Assembly (NCBI GenBank): GCA_038087875.1
Contig: CM075988.1
Span: forward strand, 9,860,001-9,924,000
Reading direction: 5' to 3'
Source of the DNA: Malacoraja senta
Lineage: Eukaryota
Length of the DNA stretch: 64,000 bases
The notes beneath the pieces are model-generated. The model was not told the origin of the DNA. It saw only the letters and a program-made list of their open reading frames with translations, and ran no database searches. Shown here in pieces: positions 58,211 through 64,000 of this stretch. Every line of letters begins with the position of its first letter. Positions within the stretch are counted from its first letter, which is position 1. A program made the position numbers and the translations under genes.

Positions 58211-58899
58211 TCCACATACGATATTCCTCTTCTTCGTTTAAACTTATCTGTTCAGCTTTGTTCTGTATTCTGCCCCGTGGTTTTGTCCAAGGACTGCCAA
58301 CGTGCCACCACACACTTCAGCAGCGAACGAGGGTTGAGCCTTAACATTACACTATCACATCCCATATTAGCTAACATTCCATGGGAGAATGTGTTCTGAC
58401 AATAATAAAGCAATTCAGTTTGGTGGGACTTATCTCATCTCAGTGACTGTAGGAATACAGTGTAAAAATATTGCAACCCAAAATCACATCATTTTGAAGA
58501 ATGGTGCACAGAAATAGAAATAGATGAAGAAAGCAGACTTACATTTAATCAAATATAAAGTGCAGAACTCATGCACCTGGGGACAAAGGAAAAACTATTT
58601 CTATCCCAAACCTGTTTTCTGCTGGTTATACCTGGTTGTACAAAATCATCTTTCTATGGAGTACTTTGTCGTAGAAGTAAAGTTGAAGAATCAAATCTAT
58701 CACTTGGATATTACAATGTCTATTTACAGAACCTAAAGTCATTTTCATCAGCGTTGTGTCTGCATTCCCACCCAGTCAATCAGTCAACATTTCCCCAATT
58801 TTAGGTAACTTCTACAAACATCTCCCTCCCCTCCCTCTTCCAACCCCCCCCCCCCCCACCTCTCCCTCCCCCCCACCTCTCCCTCCTCCCTTTCCCCTC

Positions 58900-59220
58900 T
58901 TCCTCCACTAAAAGCCCGTTAATCAGCTCCACAGTTTGCAATGATGTATTCCTATTGGGCTCACACCATCTCTAGCCAACAATCCGCATATCAGAGAACA
59001 TCCTTTCCTGAAGTAATGTATTGCTGGTCCCGATTTGTCCTGGGTTTTTTTCTCGCTTCCAGCCCCCGCCCCCCAAACTCCCACTACAGTCAGTCTGAAG
59101 AAGGGTCCCAACCCAAAATGACACCTATCTATTTTCTCCAAAGATGCTGCCTGACCGCTTGAGTTATTCCAGCATTTTATGTCTACCTTTCGCATAAACC
59201 AGCATCTGCATTTCCTTTTT
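58900..59220 (+). mobile_element. Penelope-like terminus
   Basis: CAGTCTGAAGAAGGGTCCCAACCCAAAATGACACC. Confidence 0.75.
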
Positions 59221-59624
59221 ATTACAGACAACATTTTGAGTTTTTCCACCATGCAAAAGTATTCCAAATATGAATTGCCTGTTTTTCTGAATCTGTGCCT
59301 AGGGTGTCAAATCATGAAACTCCTTCAGGCTTTTGAAACAAAATCACGAAGATTAAAACTTATTACTACCTCAATTTACCTTTTCTATTTTCTCCAGTAT
59401 TGACATCTAAGCCTTGGGTCTTCATGGCATCTTAACTTGAACTGAGAAATGTTCATTGAAATTATAACAAACACAGCTGAATTACTTAATGTTGTGCGTA
59501 CAGTCTTATTATCCTTATCGTAGCAGTCTTACTGGAGAATGCAGCGTGAAGTGACAGCTGATGTGATATTAAATACCATCATTCTGCCTTCAAACTGGAA
59601 CATGAGACGAATGTTAGCATTGCC

Positions 59625-59875
59625 ACATTTAGTCAGAGGGTGGTGAATCTGTGGAATACATTGCCACAGACGGCTGTGGATGCCAAGTAAATGGATATTT
59701 TTTGAGGCAGAGCTAGAGAGATTCTTTATTAGTAAGGGTTTCAGGGGTTACAGGGAGAAGGCAGGAGAATTGAGTTGAGAGAGAAAGATAGATCAGCCAT
59801 GATTGAATGGTGGAGTAGACTTGATGGGCCGAATGGCCTAATTCTGCTCATATCGCTAATGAACTTATGAACATT
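59625..59875 (+). mobile_element. CR1 3' fragment
   Basis: TTTAGTCAGAGGGTGGTGAATCTGTGGAAT...GGGCCGAATGGCCTAATTCTGC. Confidence 0.85.
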
Positions 59876-60050
59876 GTCTGAACCGTTCTACAATGGCACG
59901 TGGTTATCATAGAATTCCCATCTGAATTGGACAGGTGCGCACTGTGCAAGGTCTGTCTGCAAACCAGTTTCAGTTGAGCTACTCATGCCATGATGAATCA
60001 AAGACAGTTTTCTGGGGTTGTCAATGTAGAAAGAATTCAGGAATCTAACC

Positions 60051-60617
60051 AGTAGCCTGGACCCTCTCCATTTTATATTACGGCCATTTGGCCTCTTTTG
60101 CATGTCATTGAGGATGGCATGTGCCTTTAAATTTTAGACGGCCCGTTATATTGTGGGTGGGATTTATGACATGTTTTGGGGCGTGTTTGGAGCTTAGATG
60201 CTTGCGCAGAAGTTTAGTTTTTAGTTTAGTTTGGAGAGCCGATAGGGAAGGTTAACCCTTCTACCATGTGAGATCATGCGGGCCATGCGGGGTCCATGGG
60301 AGATCTAAAGGAGATCATGCCAGATCTTGCCAGTGTTACGGAGACACGAGGAGTTTTCTAATGTCTAAAGTAATAAGTTGGAGTTCGAAGAAGATTGTAG
60401 TAACGAGTCGGAAGAAACTTGGATGTATTTTACTTTCTAGCAACAATAAAGCATTTATTCATCAAAAGACTGTGTTTTGAAGCCATATCTGAGAAGAAGC
60501 TCTGAAGGTCTCTGTGAGTGAGCTTGCATGCGTTTGGAAGACACCCCTTCATCCATTCTCATCCAAATAGCGGCTAGGGTGCTAATTACCTGAAAGATAT
60601 GAAAATCTGCCGCTACA
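60051..60617 (+). mobile_element. Candidate solo LTR
   Basis: Termini AGTAGC...GCTACA (TGTAGC...GCTACA with one change), CpG-retaining interior, AATAAA near 60445; TSD imperfect. Confidence 0.4.
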
Positions 60618-61089
60618 ACCGGTGATATCAAGGTTAGCCAAAGGGGAAAAACTTCACTGCACACCACTGTGTGGTGCCAGATATCTTACCTCCTGATATA
60701 ATATGGGGATACGGATATTCTATGTGGATATGGATATCCTGATAAGATATGGGAAAATCCATATCTCCATATCTTATCAGGATGTTGGATAACTGAGTGA
60801 TGCAAACATGGTTTCATAAGCATAAGATGTAGGAACAATATTAGACTATTCAGCCCATCAGGTCTGCTCCACCATTCAATCATGGCTGATTTCCCTCTCA
60901 ACCCTATTCTCTTTCCTTCCTATATCCTTTAACCCCTTACTAATCCAGGGTCTGGTTTCTTACTGCTTCCAGGATTTTTGATACAGCCTCATGTCTTAAC
61001 TTGATTGCTGCTTCTTTGGGTGGCATAGCGGACCAAAGGAGAACAGTGGGACACAAGATGCCAGAAACCTCCTACATCGTGTTTTTGAG

Positions 61090-61490
61090 ATGGTAGCATG
61101 GTATTGCAGTTAAGTTTGCTGGACTGATATTCCGAGCACAGATCATTAATGGAGCGAAGCCGCACCCGCTGAGTTTCTCCAGCATTTTTGTTTACCTTCG
61201 ATTTTCCAGCATCTGCAGTTCCTTCTTGAACAGGATCATTAATCCCGAGTCAGGTGTTCAAATCCTTCATAACAACCAGGGAACTTAATTCAAATATATC
61301 AATAACTCTGGAATTAAATCTGAATCCATGGTAACCATGGAATTATTGGATTTGCAATAAAAATCATTTGATTCACTAATGTTCTCAAGGCTGGGCATCT
61401 CCCATCCTTGTTTGATCTGAACTGGGTGTGACGTCAGACCCAACAATGTAAATTATTCTTAAATACCTCTTCAGTTCAAGGACAATTAGA
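61090..61490 (+). mobile_element. Old tRNA-headed SINE interrupted by a Penelope terminus (about 61151-61232)
   Basis: A-box-like TAGCATGGTATTGCAGTT and B-box-like GTTCAAATCC; GATCATTAAT duplicated around the insert. Confidence 0.55.
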
Positions 61491-61639
61491 GTCTTACAGC
61501 ATTGAAACCAAATGCCTTTTCAGTCCAACTTTGTCCTTGCTGTCCAAGATGCCCCATTTAAGCTTGTCCCATTTACACATGTTTGGCCCATATCCCTTTA
61601 AACCTTTTCCTATCATATGTACCTGTCCATATGTCTTCA

Positions 61640-62355
61640 TATACTTACTTTATTAACCAAGTATGTTTTGCAACATATGAGGAATTTGATTTGCCATACG
61701 GTCATACTAATAAAAAGCAACAAAACACACACATACATTTTAACATGAACATCCACCACAGTAACTCCTCCACATTCCTCACTGTCATGGAAGGCGGAGA
61801 AAAGTTCAATCTCTTCCCTGCTTTGTTCTCCCGCGGTCAAGGACCTCGAGCCTTCCATTGACGGGATGATCTTGACTCCCGTAGCCGGCGGCAGGCCCTC
61901 CGCGTCGGGGCGATCAAGCTCCTGCATCGGGGGGATGTCAGTTCCCCAGGTCGGGGTTTGTCGAACGTCGTGCGGTTTTGGAGCTCCCGACTCGGTCTCT
62001 CCCAAGGCTGCAACCCCTTGATGTCAATGTCTGCTAGCTGCAGTTGGAGCGTCAATCCCAGGCAAGGAATCGGCTCCGATGGTACGTACACGCCCCACGG
62101 TGGGGCTCAAAGTCAGTTCCGAGCAAGGCCTCCAGCTCCATAATATTAGGCTACAGCGCGACTGGAGATATGACCCAGAAAACAATTGCATCTCCGGCAA
62201 GGTAAGAGATTGAAAAAATAGTTTCCCATGACCCCCTCCCCCATTCCCCACATAAAGCAAACCAGAGAACATTAACACAAACTTGTAAAACACACTAAAA
62301 ATAGCAACAAAAAATGAGGAAAGGACAGACAGACTGTTGGCGAGGCACCCGATGG
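61640..62355 (-). mobile_element. GC-rich non-autonomous LINE-derived element inserted in a CR1 tail
   Basis: Minus-strand 3' end CAAATCAAATTCCTCATATGTTGCAAAACATACTTGGTTAATAAAG; CpG-rich body; host CR1 tail resumes near 62357. Confidence 0.55.
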
Positions 62356-62698
62356 TGTTTTAAATGTTGTTGCCGTACCTGCCTGAACTATTTCCTCCAG
62401 CAGCTTTAATTTAGCAGTAACAAAAAAATGGCAACATTGCGAGTGACGTCCACAAACCATTTGTGCAGGAAAAGAATGGGAACGTGAGGTGTCCCAGGAT
62501 GGAGTGCAGTGTTCCCCTAATGAAAAGTAGCAAGCTGCACCAGAGTCATAGAGTCATAGTCATACAGCATGGAACAAGGCCTTTCAGCCCAACTTGCCCA
62601 TGCTGACCAAAACGCCCCATCTACGCTAGTCCTACCTACTTGCGTTTGGCCCATGTCCCTCTAAACATCTCCTATCCATGCACCTGTCCAACTGTCTT

Positions 62699-63297
62699 CT
62701 ACTGCAGTTGTACAGGGTCTTGGTGAGACCACACCTGGAGTATTGCGTACAGTTTTGGTCTCCTAATCTGAGGAAAGACATACTTGCCATAGAGGGAGTA
62801 CAGAGTAGGTTCACCAGACTGATTCCTGGGATGGCAGGACTTTCATATCAAGAAAGACTGGATAGACTCGGCTTGTACTCTCTAGAATTTAGAAGATTGA
62901 GGGGGGATCTTATAGAAACTTACAAAATTCTTAAGGGGTTGGACAGGCTAGATGCAGGAAGATTATTCCCGATGTTGGGGAAATCCAAAACAAGGGGTCA
63001 CAGTTTAAGGATAAGGGAGAAGTCTTTTAGGACCGAGATGAGAAAATCATTTTTTACACAGAGTGTGGTGAATCTGTGGAATTCTCTGCCACAGAAGGTA
63101 GTTGAGGCCAGTTCATTGGCTATATTTAAGAGGGAGTTAGATGTGGCCCTTGTGGCTAAAGGGATCAGGGGGTATGGAGAGAAGGCAGGTACAGGATACT
63201 GAGTTGGATGATCAGCCATGATCATATTGAATGGCGGTGCAGGCTCGAAGGGCCGAATGGCCTACTCCTGTACCTATGTTCTATGTTTCTATGTTTC
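62699..63297 (+). mobile_element. Young CR1 3' fragment closely related to 11789-12379
   Basis: ORF 62678-63202 nearly identical to ORF 11656-12291; inserted in an older minus-strand CR1 tail (62545-63620). Confidence 0.95.
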
Positions 63298-64000
63298 TAA
63301 ATGTCTAGTACCTGTCTCAACTACCTCTTCTGGCTGCTCGTTCCATATACCAAACACCCTCTGTGTGAAAACGTTGCCCCTCAGGTTCCAATTAAATCTT
63401 CCCCCTCTCACCTTGATTGTAATCATGTATCGTCAGTCCACTGACTGGATAGAACACAACAAAAAGCTTTTCACTGTACCTGAGTACATGTGACAATAAA
63501 CTGAAGTAAACTAAACTAAACTAAACATGTCCTCTGGTTCTTAATTCCCCTGCTCTGGGTAAAAGACTGTGTGCATTCACCTTACAATTCCCCTCATGAT
63601 TTTATGAACCTCTATAAGACTTCTATGATCAAAGCCTATGGATATTTGAAGGCTGAGCTGTCTGTGTGTAGTGACATCAATAATTTTGTAGCCAAGGCCA
63701 AAGCTGAAAGTAAATCACGCACCATACACGAGGCATGGAATTCACTGAGGAAAATGGTCAGAATTACATTAAAGTAGTCACGAAGCTTAGCAAGAGTTAA
63801 AATAAAGACCAATATGTTCTATCAATTCCAGTGTGAAGCCACAGGCTCTACCGAAAATAAATCTCAAAGACTCTGAAAAGTAATTACCCTACTGTTTTGC
63901 TCCCAAATGAGGAAAGTAATGGTTCATCAGAAGACCCGGTGGCAATGTGTGGTGAACAATACAGCAATGTTCATTGAAAGTTTTAGTAATAATTAAACAG

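Overview
Eukaryotic (vertebrate) non-genic DNA made almost entirely of transposable elements. The HE1/V-SINE plus CR1 (HER1-type) plus Penelope repertoire points to a cartilaginous fish, probably a skate or ray (inference). I could not support any host protein-coding exon. Bases 1-13377 are one degenerate DIRS (tyrosine-recombinase) retrotransposon that has taken three later LINE insertions, each with readable TSDs: an intact two-ORF Nimb/I-group LINE (426-5575), a short L1 with a twin-priming-type 5' inversion (6743-7511), and a near full-length CR1 (7665-12379). A second, internally deleted DIRS copy with both termini and its ICR lies inverted at 20341-23694 and shows the empty sites for the L1 and CR1 insertions. 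The rest is SINEs, LINE tails, MITEs, a probable Helitron tandem, Penelope relics and more than 20 short Penelope termini, many of them palindromic and carrying a hammerhead-like core. The most striking observation is two different short retroposons (16563-16702 + and 42765-42939 -). Both start with a minimal HDV-like ribozyme fold whose helices covary between them, both end in an AAG-repeat tail, and both sit in 11-12 bp TSDs. They look like ribozyme-headed non-autonomous elements analogous to RIME/NARTc/SIDE elements.
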